From Perkinsus olseni (Eukaryota), in NCBI GenBank assembly GCA_013115125.1, contig JABANN010000200.1, forward strand, positions 1-53,721: a stretch of DNA of 53,721 nt, written 5' to 3'. Below, piece after piece: positions 11,901-22,236 of the stretch; the stretch's first letter is position 1, and the number at the start of each line of letters is the position of its first letter. Made by a program: the position numbers and the translations under genes. The notes below the pieces were generated by a model that was not told the origin of the DNA, did no database searches, and saw nothing but the letters and a program-made list of their open reading frames with translations.

Positions 11901-12046
11901 ACTCTCGACAGTCTCTGCTTCTCTGTTCGCTTGGCAGGTTCACGTCATTATCCCAGGCTATTCGAGAGATCCTCGTCCCTCTTGTTGGTGCCCTCCTAGT
12001 TCTGTTCATAACTCGCAGGCTCAAGCTGTGGCTGTTGAGCCAGTAA
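8979..12046 (+). CDS. Heptatricopeptide-repeat (HPR/OPR/RAP-type) RNA-binding protein, probably organellar
   Basis: Spliced 37-aa repeats FTPKELANIVWAVTHIGLPHRRLYKLVARHMIWYIDH and FDSVNLSLALWGFAKMDVCSPELFHAAAPVIINMIET, followed by FEPHRLCNTAWAFSK, FNLSNESMLVYSFA and DPRSFANMAWGAAELG. Also FNIVNIGTALYKLA upstream and a transit-like N-terminus MPRLLCLQAASMGLCSAR. Confidence 0.75.
9858..10026. mobile_element. Hairpin-microsatellite-hairpin insert inside HPR intron 9739-10091 (candidate non-autonomous element)
   Basis: A (CTT)-rich run, then an inverted repeat at 9906-9948 (21-nt arms, 1 mismatch), four copies of GCTGTGGTAT and a perfect 12-bp-arm inverted repeat at 9996-10020. The intron is 353 nt versus ~50 nt for most neighbours. 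Boundaries are approximate. Confidence 0.4.
9951..9990. repeat. Tandem repeat (GCTGTGGTAT)x4
   Basis: Four exact 10-nt copies, with partial units on both sides. Confidence 0.95.
10953..11170. mobile_element. AT-rich TG...CA insertion inside an HPR intron (solo-LTR or MITE-like)
   Basis: Sharp compositional shift to AT-rich. The ends TGATGAATACA ... TGTATCATCA are inverted repeats with one indel. Removing the block leaves a 53-nt intron of typical size. No target-site duplication seen. Confidence 0.4.
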
Positions 12047-12118
12047 AATTACCCCTATCCGGTCTCTGCACCGTCAGCGTTGTGTTCTTCCGTGTATTCG
12101 CCCCGATCAGCGTCCTTG

Positions 12119-15100
12119 ATGCGACCACCGCTCGACAATGTTCTGCTTTCTAAGCTGACAAGCTCGAGCGAGGTAGACCAGAAGGTGCGACCGAAGCTGT
12201 CTTCGTACGTTCTCCTGCCGCGAGTCTTCCAGATTGGCACCACTGCGACCACGGAGCGGGCGCGGCTCTTCGTGAGCTTGCCACTGTCCCTGTTGGAAGA
12301 CGATAGCCTCCCATTGGTGGTAAGTGGAGAGCGTCTCAGCGTGTCGATGGGTTCAGCGAGTTAGGCGTATAGCAGCACCTGGGATGCTGAGAAAAAGAAG
12401 CAACTCGTGAAGCAGGTCAACGGCGAGCTGGTGGCGTCCTCGATCGTATGGCGTCGTGTCAGATAGTCGACTCGAGCGCTTCGCCGATGACTGATTACGC
12501 CTCGCCCTGCGGATACGAGAGCACTGGGGCCCCACCCAACTACAGCAAGTTCAAACAGTTCGAACGGCATCTGATGTTCTCTCATGGCGGTGTGGGTTGC
12601 TGTGCTGACTGCACAGGAGTGCAGTAGACCTCTCAGACGTCACCGGGTGTTGACCGGTCCTCGTTCGCTAGCCTGGCCGCGATGAGTAAAGAAATGCCGG
12701 AGATATCATTCCCACGACCTGAGGTCCCGAGGGACTTGGTGGAGCTCAACTCCACTGGGTGCGTGTACCCCGTTAGCATGGAGAACTCTCCCTTGGTCAG
12801 CAGTCATTCCCGACTGGGGCTGCAACCATTACTCTTCTCCTCTCGTTTCGAGTCCGGCAACCTGGCATCAGCCACTTTGACCAGCGTATCCTACTCGCAT
12901 GGAGGAGGTAGATATTCTTGGAGCATCTTGATTCTAGTGTCATTCACAACGACTCTGATACTGTAGGTGGCTTTCTTGAGGGCGGTAGAAATACGCAGAA
13001 CACGAACGGCCTAACCCTGGAGGTGAGACGAAAGGGAGGTTACGGTCCGCAGGCGCTGAGTCAGGTTAGCTATGATTTGCTACTTGAGAACGACACTAAT
13101 TCCGCAGCTCAGCATACACAGTGGTACCATTTCGCTGCCCGAGCAAATATAAGAACTGGGAGTGAGGCGGCATAGATTTTGAACAGTTGAGAGAACCCCG
13201 CGAGTCAGGCGAGGAAGCACCCGAAACAACGGTGAAGATTCTGGCGACTTTTAACATTACCAACCTGAGAAAGCGGAAGTCACTATACCAGATGGGCATG
13301 CGGCCGTTCACCTTGCACTCGAGGGATACCACCAAGGGCTGGACTAACGATCGCTGCACCAACGTCTCTTACACGCAGCAGACGACCCCTCCTGACCAGT
13401 CGTCCGCAGAGGGCAGTGGATCGACCAACTACACCCTCAGCTTCCGCTACTGCTTCTGCGGTCGTGGGCTTGATGAGACCGTCGTCTTCGCCATGGCGCC
13501 CCCGCTGACCTACTCGGCGTTGGTGTCACACCTCCGCATGCTCAGGGACGACCATCTAGAGAACGACCTCTGGCAGGTAGCTGCCAGTCTGCAGACAGCA
13601 GTCAGTACTGAGTCGATAGGAACCCCTGGGGACCTCCCTTGGGAGCTTGCCCGTACCCCTCCTCCTGGTATCGGACTTCACACCGGAGCCGTCGAACTTT
13701 CCCGTCTATCTCAAATCAATGGCGTCTCGACGCCCACTTGTGAGTTAGTTGAGGTCGGGTCTGCGTGACGTCACTGGATTCATCAGGCGCCCGGGTCCAT
13801 CCGGAAACTTAGCTCTGAGTCCGAGTGGTCGCAATATATCAATGCCACTAACCAGAGAATTCAGAGAAGTGGGGACGCACCGTCAGCAGATCGTAACAGG
13901 CCTGCGTGGGCAGGCCCATCCCTGCACTCAGTGGTGCCGTCCCTGCAGAGGAAATCGTCTCTGGAGAGGGCGGGTGTAGTCCGCAGCGACAGCGAGGATC
14001 GGATGATGCATACGCGGCCGAATGTGAACCATCCACTACAACTGGCTGGATGATGATGCCTGTCCTTGTGGATTTAGGCGGGTCAAATCTCACATCGTAG
14101 CAGGCCAGACTCGGCTTCCTTCGCTGGGGGATCCTACAGGGCCCGGTGAGACAGATCTGATTGCCCTTTCTCGATCGGCTGCCTTCTGCTCAGCCCTCTG
14201 CCCACCTTCCAGCTTCACACGGGCATGGTGGACTTCTCGAGGAAGATAGCGCTGTGGCATCGGCACTTGTGAGACCTCTTGGGAGATCACGCTGAGGAGA
14301 CGATGCTCTGTTGTAGCTCAGCGCGTGTTGAGAGCGTCCGACGAGATCGACCGGCGGTGGTCATCATAGCTCGCCAGCATCCAGGCGAAACCGTCGGGAG
14401 CTGGATGTGCCTTGGACTGCTACATTGGCTCCTCAGCGACACTGCGAGGCATTTGAGAGCTAAGTAACCCCGGCCGACCTCACCAGTGTCGATTGACAAC
14501 CGCGAACAGTCGACCGTCGATACATTTGAGACAACCTGCAAGATCAGTTGACGTTGGCATCAGCGGACTTTCGGTAGAGTGCGCCCAATGGAGCCTGTCG
14601 TCGGGGTTTGCTCCAACACTCTCGAGGTCGGGTCCCCAAGCTAAATTCAAGAGACAGATACTGTTTCCACATAGTACCGATGGTCAACGTGGATGGCGTG
14701 GTCCATGGGAACTCGAGGACGACGCTAGCGGGCGTGGACCCCAATCGCACTTGGGCCGATCCAAATCCTGTTATCCATCCTGAGGTGTGTTCACCGTATT
14801 AAAACTGCCTTCGAGCGTGCCAGCTTTCGAGGTGTTCAAGTTAAAGGAATATCTCAAGGCTGCCGGGCAGCGCGTGCTCGTTGAGGCCCGGCCTCAGGAG
14901 GCTTCCCTGTAGTCACCATAAGTAACTTTTGACCCGTGTCAGCTCGGCCGATCGGCAGGTCGCTCTTCCACACCACTGACGGGACGCTTCACATGGGGAT
15001 CCACGGTCATCATATGTGAGCTGTCTTGCCAGCAGCCCTTCTAAACCCACAGCGGGCCTCTCAGATCGGCGACCGAGGCGGCTACCGAGGCGCTGCGAAG

Positions 15101-16305
15101 AGACCCGACCAACGTTCATGTAGGGCCTAGGCTTCCACCTGACAGTGTGGTCGAACGCTTGGTCTCAGCTGTTCCTGGACCTCCACGGACACTCGCAGAA
15201 AATGGATGCCTTTTTTTACGGCTGTGGTGCGCCGAGCATCGCCTGTGCTGTCTACCCAAAGCTCGCCTCGAAAGCAACTGACGACATCTCTTTCGAGTCA
15301 TCGAGATGGAAGTTCTCGAGAGCGCAGATGAAAACGGCACGATCCGTCGCCTACCGCCAGTTCGGCGTCATCAACAGCTACACTGTGGAGTGCAGCTTCT
15401 ACGGTTCACAATCTGACGTGCCGCCCTATGTGGCTGAGTTTGATCAGACACGCCTTGCCACAATTGGGGCGGCACTGGGCCGAGCAATGGCTGCGTACTT
15501 TCAAGTGCCAGTCGACTATCGGGCGGACCCTGTGGTGAGCGGCCGGGACTGGCTGCACTTTGAAGATTTGGCGGGGCTTTCGCCACAAACCGTACTGGAC
15601 GACCTGCGGGCAGTCGCGTCAACAGTTCATGACCTCACAGCATCGCTCGTCGGCGACGAGCCCACAGCTAATAGCGATTCTGACGACGATGAAACAACCA
15701 AGAAGGCCGTGGCGGTGACTGCACCGAAGGCTCCCAACGATAGGTCAAAGAGACTCAGCGGTCCGAGACCTAGAATGCGCTCGGTGGTCCAGCCGTTATC
15801 GGGCGCCCATCTCCACAACGAGGGCTTCAAGGCTGTGCGTGGCGCCGCTCGTAGATCTTCCCTACCGAGCTATTCAGCTGACAAGACAGTGCCTGGACGG
15901 AGTGGTATATTGCGAGGCCCGGCAGGACCGGCTCTAGCGAAGGAACAGGGCGTCCAGTCAACGAGGCGTAGGCGTAGGAGCACTGAGGAGTCAGGTCCGA
16001 GCGGGGCCATGAGTCTGACTAATGGCATCCCGTCGCGCAAGTCGTACGTCGCTGCCGTGTTGAGCGGAGTTGGAGTCCCTCCCGAACGCGGATCGCAGCC
16101 GAAAGCTCACAGCTCACGTAGGTACCATAAATCGGGCAACTGCTGCTCGACTGGGGGTCCGCAGCAAGGCTCGTCAGATAAGTCACCGCGATCCCATCGG
16201 CCCAGAGTACGACATCGCAGTCGGCGGTCGTCGCCACGAATAACACCGCGTAACAGAGGTGAGGAGAGTTCTCTTAGAAACACACCACGTAAGGGGAGGT
16301 GCTAG
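12119..16305 (+). CDS. Cytosolic carboxypeptidase (CCP/AGBL/Nna1-like, M14D; tubulin deglutamylase family), multi-exon
   Basis: FSSRFESGNL, YDLLLENDTN..HTQWYHF, FNITNLRKRKSLYQMGMRP, FAMAPPLTYS, ARQHPGE (Zn HxxE), IVPMVNVDGVVHGNSR..GVDPNRTW, FLDLHGHS and SYTVECSFYG. Low-complexity basic C-terminal tail. Start codon is tentative. Confidence 0.85.
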
Positions 16306-16626
16306 TCGTGAGTTGGTCCTCGGGGCGGGCGTTATTCACCATGAAGCTGTCATGATGTAGTATTTTCTCACTCTCATTCGTACTGTTTTGTTTACTTTGA
16401 ACACCGGGTGATGGTATTCTCCAGGATAGTTGGCATGGTCCAGCGAACAAGAGGCACTTATGAACGCAACTGCGCCAGCTGTGGCTCTGGAGTCGCCATC
16501 TTTTCAGCGCTACATGATCCTTCTGCAGCATCATATCAACAAAGCGATGTCAACATGCGAGCTGATCGTGAGCTGCATCGATAGTGGCAGTGCAGACGGC
16601 CGAAGATACAGATTTGGTTTTTGATC

Positions 16627-17457
16627 TCATCTTGGAACATTCGCGTGGTCCTCGCCATCGTGCTTATCGTCAGTTTTCATCTTCATCTCTTCCTCACTTG
16701 AGCTGGGCACTTGAGTATCATTGCTCTGTGCCTCGGCGCTTCTCGCTATGACGAATGCTCGGACGTCGCTGAGGGCCTGGAGTGGCAGGCAATCTCTACG
16801 AGAGAGGCAAAGGCCTTGCGAGAACGCGCATACTGCCCGAGCAGGAGCCAATCATTCACGATGAGCGAAGGGGGAGCTTAGTGTCCTGTTATCATCAGGC
16901 TATTCCCCCCTACCGATGATATCGCTTCTTTCTGTCGCTCGTTCAGAAGTACCATCATCTTCTCATCGCTTTCACACCACCCCGAAGCGACGAGTCGTTT
17001 CACCTGCGTCAGTCATTGCCGATTATCAAGCCTATAAGTTCGTCCACAGCTGTGCCTTCTGAACGACGATGGACGTGCTTCATACCCCTGCGATGAGCTC
17101 CTTCCGGTCTCTAGCATCCCGCCTGGCGTAGGGGTCGGTTAGATCGGCTTTTCTTATCTCGTCCACCGGACTTCGCCTGTCGTCTCTGAAGTCTGAAATT
17201 ACCAGCTGGCAAGCAGAGGACTATCCAATTCGCAGACACCATCAAAACTGCCTCTTCTTTTCGAAGTGTTTGCTTTTTGGTCGGCCGCCTTGGTCGCAGC
17301 CTGCTCGTCTCGCTCAGTAGATGAGTCAAATCTAATGATTTTTTCTCATCCTTTCACGACCCGTTAAGCATGCGGCTCACGTCATATGTCTGGTCCGTCT
17401 TCCCTCTGACGGGAGGAGGAACTCTGCTTGTGAAGCTCCGTGAGGGTGATGACTCAT
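16627..17457 (-). CDS. Hypothetical spliced low-complexity protein
   Basis: In-phase join MSHHPHGASQAEFLLPSEGRRTRHMT|FDSSTERDEQAATK across a GT-AG intron. Later exons are uncertain and no domain is recognised. Confidence 0.35.
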
Positions 17458-17919
17458 ATGGCTGCTCAAGAAGCGGATCCTTGACTCCCTCGGTACGTTG
17501 GCTACAACTCGGGAAATGTGATGAAGAAGACGAAAGTGTGAATCGCGCGCGGCAGGTTTGCGGGAACGGGATCTAAATATGCGTTATTGTTGTGGCTCCC
17601 TCAATATAGGGTCCTCCAAGAGCAGAAGGAAGTAGGAGCTCTCATCCCTCTAGGAAGAGATATCTCAAAAGTTGAACATAACACTGATTATAATTCACAA
17701 CTTGTCATCTCATAAGCCACAAGGTAACATCTCGAACATGAAAAGAACAAGAAAGCTCGGATGCTGCACCCCCGGTAGCATCTGCATCCAAAGGCCTTCT
17801 TTTGACGAACAAAGTGATCAACACTCCGGGCTGAGCTAGGAGTGGATCGTGCGTGATGAAGAGGTCATTTGCTCGAGACGCCACCTTCAACACATCTACT
17901 GATATCGCGAATAATACTA

Positions 17920-18942
17920 TTATTGTAACAGCATAGACTTATCCTCATGGCCACTGGAGTCCGCTGCGAATGATGCACCAGACTCCCTTGTGACCCTGCT
18001 TTTGAAGACGTAATCATCAGGCAGCCCGCGATCCCACTGGTCGATGGTGAACCGAGTGATGTTCCTTCTGCCATGCTCTTCCACATTACACATTGCGTGG
18101 AAGCCAACGTCACTGCGCTGTCTCCTACTCTTCCGCGATAAACGCTTTCTGATGAAGCTCTGTTTTCTGTCGGTTCTGAACTTCTTGAGAATCATGAGAG
18201 TTATTGCACTTTCGGAGTCATCTTGCCCCCCATAGACGATTGATATCAGTCCGTCACACAGTGGATAATAGGTTACGAAACGACCTTGTCCCACAGCCTC
18301 CTCGACATTCAACTTCACCTTTTTGAAAACACCACCATCGCCGAATTCGAACTCGAGGCTTCTCTCCATACGGCTGCCTCTGTATACACCGTTCAGCGTA
18401 GACAAGCTAGGAGAAGGCTTCAGCGCCGTGAAGCCTTGCTTGCATATCTCCTGTAATTCTTCCTTTACCCTTGCCGAAACTTCCTCGAATGTGCCTGCCC
18501 TGCCTAACCTATTAGAGCAACTTACCATCCCGATCCTGGTGAAACAGCGTTCGCCTCGTACGTCCGCGATATATTCTGAAGTTTCACCATATTCCACGCG
18601 GAGGATCCTCGTCTCGGTCGCCCGTGTCGTGGTTTCAATGAGTGAGTTGAAAGGCATGAAATCAGCAACACCAACGTTACCTCTCTCAGCCCTGGGGTCC
18701 CGGCTTCTAGACCTCCCTTGGTGAAATCTTATATCTTGGGTGAAGCCGAGACTTTTCGACTTCTCGATGCAACTCACACCGAACTTTAGACGGGGTACGA
18801 AGAAATACTCCACTCCGGGATGCACTCGAGCGTACAAGAGTTCCTCTTCTCTGCACGTCTGAGCTCTGCTGGGATCCACCAACAGACAGATCAGACCGAC
18901 ATACCAGAGCACATTCGTGATGGAGGACTTCGAGACGCCCAT
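17920..18942 (-). CDS. Unrecognised secreted-protein family, copy 1 (intronless)
   Basis: Signal peptide followed by family motifs REEELLYARV, EYFFVP, RILR..GETSEY, KEELQEICKQGFTALKPSPSLSTLNGVYRG, YYPLC and CNVEEHGRRNITR..WD. Confidence 0.85.
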   Translation of the reverse strand: MGVSKSSITNVLWYVGLICLLVDPSRAQTCREEELLYARVHPGVEYFFVPRLKFGVSCIEKSKSLGFTQDIRFHQGRSRSRDPRAERGNVGVADFMPFNSLIETTTRATETRILRVEYGETSEYIADVRGERCFTRIGMVSCSNRLGRAGTFEEVSARVKEELQEICKQGFTALKPSPSLSTLNGVYRGSRMERSLEFEFGDGGVFKKVKLNVEEAVGQGRFVTYYPLCDGLISIVYGGQDDSESAITLMILKKFRTDRKQSFIRKRLSRKSRRQRSDVGFHAMCNVEEHGRRNITRFTIDQWDRGLPDDYVFKSRVTRESGASFAADSSGHEDKSMLLQ

Positions 18943-19512
18943 GAATCATGAAGAAAGCTGAATACTAATTCGTTTGATATGGAATGCAGATGCAAAACGT
19001 CAATGTCGTCCACTCGCGGGCACAAGAGTTCAAAGCACACTACATATTCAGAAGGACACGCCTCGGGCGCAGCTCGGATCAACAGGCCGATGTGTTGAGA
19101 ACAAGTGACCTCGAACTCGACGGTCAAGAACATGCACGGGAAGGGGTGTAGATGATAATTGGCACGCCGCGTGTCTGAGTCCGCCTTAGTAAAGAAGGGA
19201 TTTCTCGCATCGTCAGCATGGCCACTCCCGAGCTCTCCCAGCTTCCCACAGAAGATAGTCGAACGAAACACTGATGCCGCTGATCGTTCAAAGAGGCACA
19301 GCGTAACATGTCAAAAACAAGAACATCTCAGCTCATCATCCGAATCCAGCGCGGTTACTTATGCGGTGCACGACGATGATGCTCGATAAGTCAACTGATG
19401 AACATTCTGAAGGGTAAGGCGAGCATCTCAGTTTTTTATTGTTTTTTGGGTTATTCTTTGCTTACAGCGTTTTGAACTCGAAGACATCCAATCAAAAAAG
19501 GTGGTTGAACTT

Positions 19513-20451
19513 CTAGTCCCTCTTGACTTTGGGTTTGAGGTTGAAATTGAGGGGCAGTATGTGGTCCCACGTGAACAGAGTACTGCGAGTGATGTTCCTT
19601 CTGCCATGCTCTTCCACGTTGCATAGTGGTTCTTCGTCTTCCTTACCAGACCATGCGGAGAGCCATGCTCCAAATCCGGACTTTTCCTCGCCTGTGGACT
19701 TTTTGAGGATCATCAAGGTCACTAGATCCTCGGTTTCAGCGTCTCCCCCATTCACGAGAGACATCACCCCGTTGCAGACCGGGTAATAGGTCACGATTCG
19801 AGCCTTGCCAAAGTCATGCTTGACAACCAGATCCACATCTTCTATCACGCCACCACTGAATTGGAGTTCTAGTTTCCTACCCATCCTCCGACCGGTGTAA
19901 GTGCCATTCAACTTGGACAGGCTAGGAGAGGGCTTCAGTGCCGTCAAGCCCTGCTCACAGACCTCAGTTAATTCTTCCTTCACGGACTTGGATGCCTCCT
20001 TAGATGCGTCGCCCTTATCACAGCCAAACGTGGATTCACACGACATCACATTCTCGAAGCATTTTCCTTTCCCAACGTTAGCCTTGTACTCTTTAGTCTC
20101 ACCATCCTTCAGGCGAAGAATCCTAGCATGGGTGACTTTCTCGTGCTCGTCGTTCAACGAATTGAACGGTATGAAGTCAAAGGTCTTTATGTCCGCCTTG
20201 GTCTTCCTGGGGCTTCTAGCTTTCTCTCGGAATACTTTCTTGTGTTTGGTCAAACCGCGGTGTCTAGAATCAGCGACGGTAACGACTGCTGTTCCTTCAT
20301 GAGGGATGAAGAAGAACTCCGTTCCACTGCGCACTCGGCCGTACAAGAGTTCTTTTTCCCTGACAACTTGGGCCCAGGTCGGGTTTGCCAATAGACAGCT
20401 CAGACCAAGACACCTGAATGTTTTGGCTACGAAGGACTTCGAGAGGACCAT
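19513..20451 (-). CDS. Unrecognised secreted-protein family, copy 2
   Basis: Same motif series. Start placed at MVLSKS (20451) by homology with copy 3. Confidence 0.85.
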   Translation of the reverse strand: MVLSKSFVAKTFRCLGLSCLLANPTWAQVVREKELLYGRVRSGTEFFFIPHEGTAVVTVADSRHRGLTKHKKVFREKARSPRKTKADIKTFDFIPFNSLNDEHEKVTHARILRLKDGETKEYKANVGKGKCFENVMSCESTFGCDKGDASKEASKSVKEELTEVCEQGLTALKPSPSLSKLNGTYTGRRMGRKLELQFSGGVIEDVDLVVKHDFGKARIVTYYPVCNGVMSLVNGGDAETEDLVTLMILKKSTGEEKSGFGAWLSAWSGKEDEEPLCNVEEHGRRNITRSTLFTWDHILPLNFNLKPKVKRD

Positions 20452-20828
20452 GACTGGAATAACGAAAAGCTGGATGGAAATTTCTCGACCGCACTTCATT
20501 ATCGCCACTATACTGACATCACTCTTTCGAACGACGTCACTCAGCCCCCCTTCTTCGGGAGAGATATTGGAAAGTCGAACAGAGTACTTTCATTGATGGC
20601 ACCTTCCCAGTCGACGAACAACAACGTAACATGTCGAACATGAAAAGAACAGCACAGCTCTGGTTATCATCTAGATCTTTCCTGGTTTTCTTCCATTTGC
20701 GTACAGAGTGATGAGGATGCTCAATGAATCAACTGATGAGCATTCAAATTCGGGTGAACTTGAGCCGGTGGGCGCGGATGGAATTTGTAAACTGCTTCTT
20801 GTGCGTTACTATAAAAAAGACTGAGCTC

Positions 20829-21734
20829 TCAGTCCATCTTGGCTTTGGGTTTGAGGTTGTAATCAAGAGGCAGTATGTGGTCCCACTTGAACAGAGTACT
20901 GCGAGTGATGTTCCTTCGGCCATGCTCTTCCGCGTTGCATAGCGGTTCTTCATCATGTATCACCCACGACAGCAGCCATCGTCCTAAAGTGGCCTCTTCC
21001 TTGCCTCTGGACTTCTTCAGAATCATCAAAGCCACTGTGCCCTCGGGTTCACCCGTCCCCCCGCCAACTAGAGATATCATACCGTTGCAGAGCGGATGAT
21101 ACGTCACTAGACGAGCCTCTCTCACGGGCTTCTCTGTGAGGAGATCAATGTCCTCTACCACACCACCACTGAATCGAACTTCAAGGCTCCTATCGAGTCG
21201 GCTGCCGGTGTAAGTGCCACTCAGCTTGGACAGGCCAGGAGAAGGCTTCAGCGCCGTGAAGCCTTGAATGCAGGCCTCCGTTAGTTCATCCACAACGTCT
21301 TGCGTTACCCTTCTGCCGGTGAACGTAGGCTCCGAAAATTTTATATCGTAGAAGCACTGGCCACCCCCGACGCGAGCGAGGTATCCTGTGGTCCTGCCTA
21401 ACTTTAAGCGTAGAATCCTAGCCCCAGTGGCCCGCTGGTTGCCGCTGCTCAACCAGCTGTATGGTATGAAGTCGTAGGCCTCTACGTCCGCCCTCTCACC
21501 GTCGTGGCCTCGGCTTCTAGCCTTCTGCCGAAATACCTTCTTGTGTTTGGTGAGGGCGAGGCGTCTGGATGCGGCGATGGTAGCGACCCCGATTCTTTGA
21601 TGGGGAATGAAGATGAACTCCGCTCCGCTGTCTACACGGGCGTACAGGAGTTCATTTTCCCTGTACACTTCACCCTTGGTGCTGTATACCAATAGACAGA
21701 ATTTAATGACGATTAATGACTTGGAGAGGACCAT
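20829..21734 (-). CDS. Unrecognised secreted-protein family, copy 3
   Basis: Same motif series; short signal peptide MVLSKSLIVIKFCLLVYSTKG. Confidence 0.85.
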   Translation of the reverse strand: MVLSKSLIVIKFCLLVYSTKGEVYRENELLYARVDSGAEFIFIPHQRIGVATIAASRRLALTKHKKVFRQKARSRGHDGERADVEAYDFIPYSWLSSGNQRATGARILRLKLGRTTGYLARVGGGQCFYDIKFSEPTFTGRRVTQDVVDELTEACIQGFTALKPSPGLSKLSGTYTGSRLDRSLEVRFSGGVVEDIDLLTEKPVREARLVTYHPLCNGMISLVGGGTGEPEGTVALMILKKSRGKEEATLGRWLLSWVIHDEEPLCNAEEHGRRNITRSTLFKWDHILPLDYNLKPKAKMD

Positions 21735-22236
21735 GAAGGGACTCGTGAAAAGCTAGCTGATAATAACGTTCTTCTCCCTCCCCTCGGAGTCATGCAACTG
21801 TTACTAGCCTTCTCCGTTGACGCGATGCGCGAGCAAAGTGAAGTTCACGCCGAAACTACTCAAGTATGCAACATGGACAAACTAACCTCGTGTTATTGGT
21901 TCATCTGCCTTCGCCATGTTTTCTCGTAACAGCTAGGGGCGTCACACAGCTCCGAGCCGGTGCGCGTGCTGCAACGTATAGCGGAAGAAGGGGCTGTAAC
22001 TCCTACTTCCGCTGGTGACACGTTCACCCTCTGACCTTCCAATTCCATGGAGAGAAGTCCTCCGTCACACACACTACTCTTGAAAGGGAGGAAGAACTCA
22101 ATAGAGAGGATCATTAGGGCTTCGGGGATGAACTCATGTGCCTGGAATTTCAACACGCAAATCTTTCCGGCGAGTGAGGATGCACCTGGGCGAGCGAGAT
22201 TTTCGTCGTCAACATGCGCAGTGTGATCGTTTGCAA

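Noticed and set aside
18820-18860. RExELLY after the signal peptide as a PEXEL/RxLR export motif cleaved by the nearby aspartic proteases
   Set aside because: It does not fit RxLxE/Q/D or RxLR, and nothing in the sequence links the proteases to this family beyond proximity.
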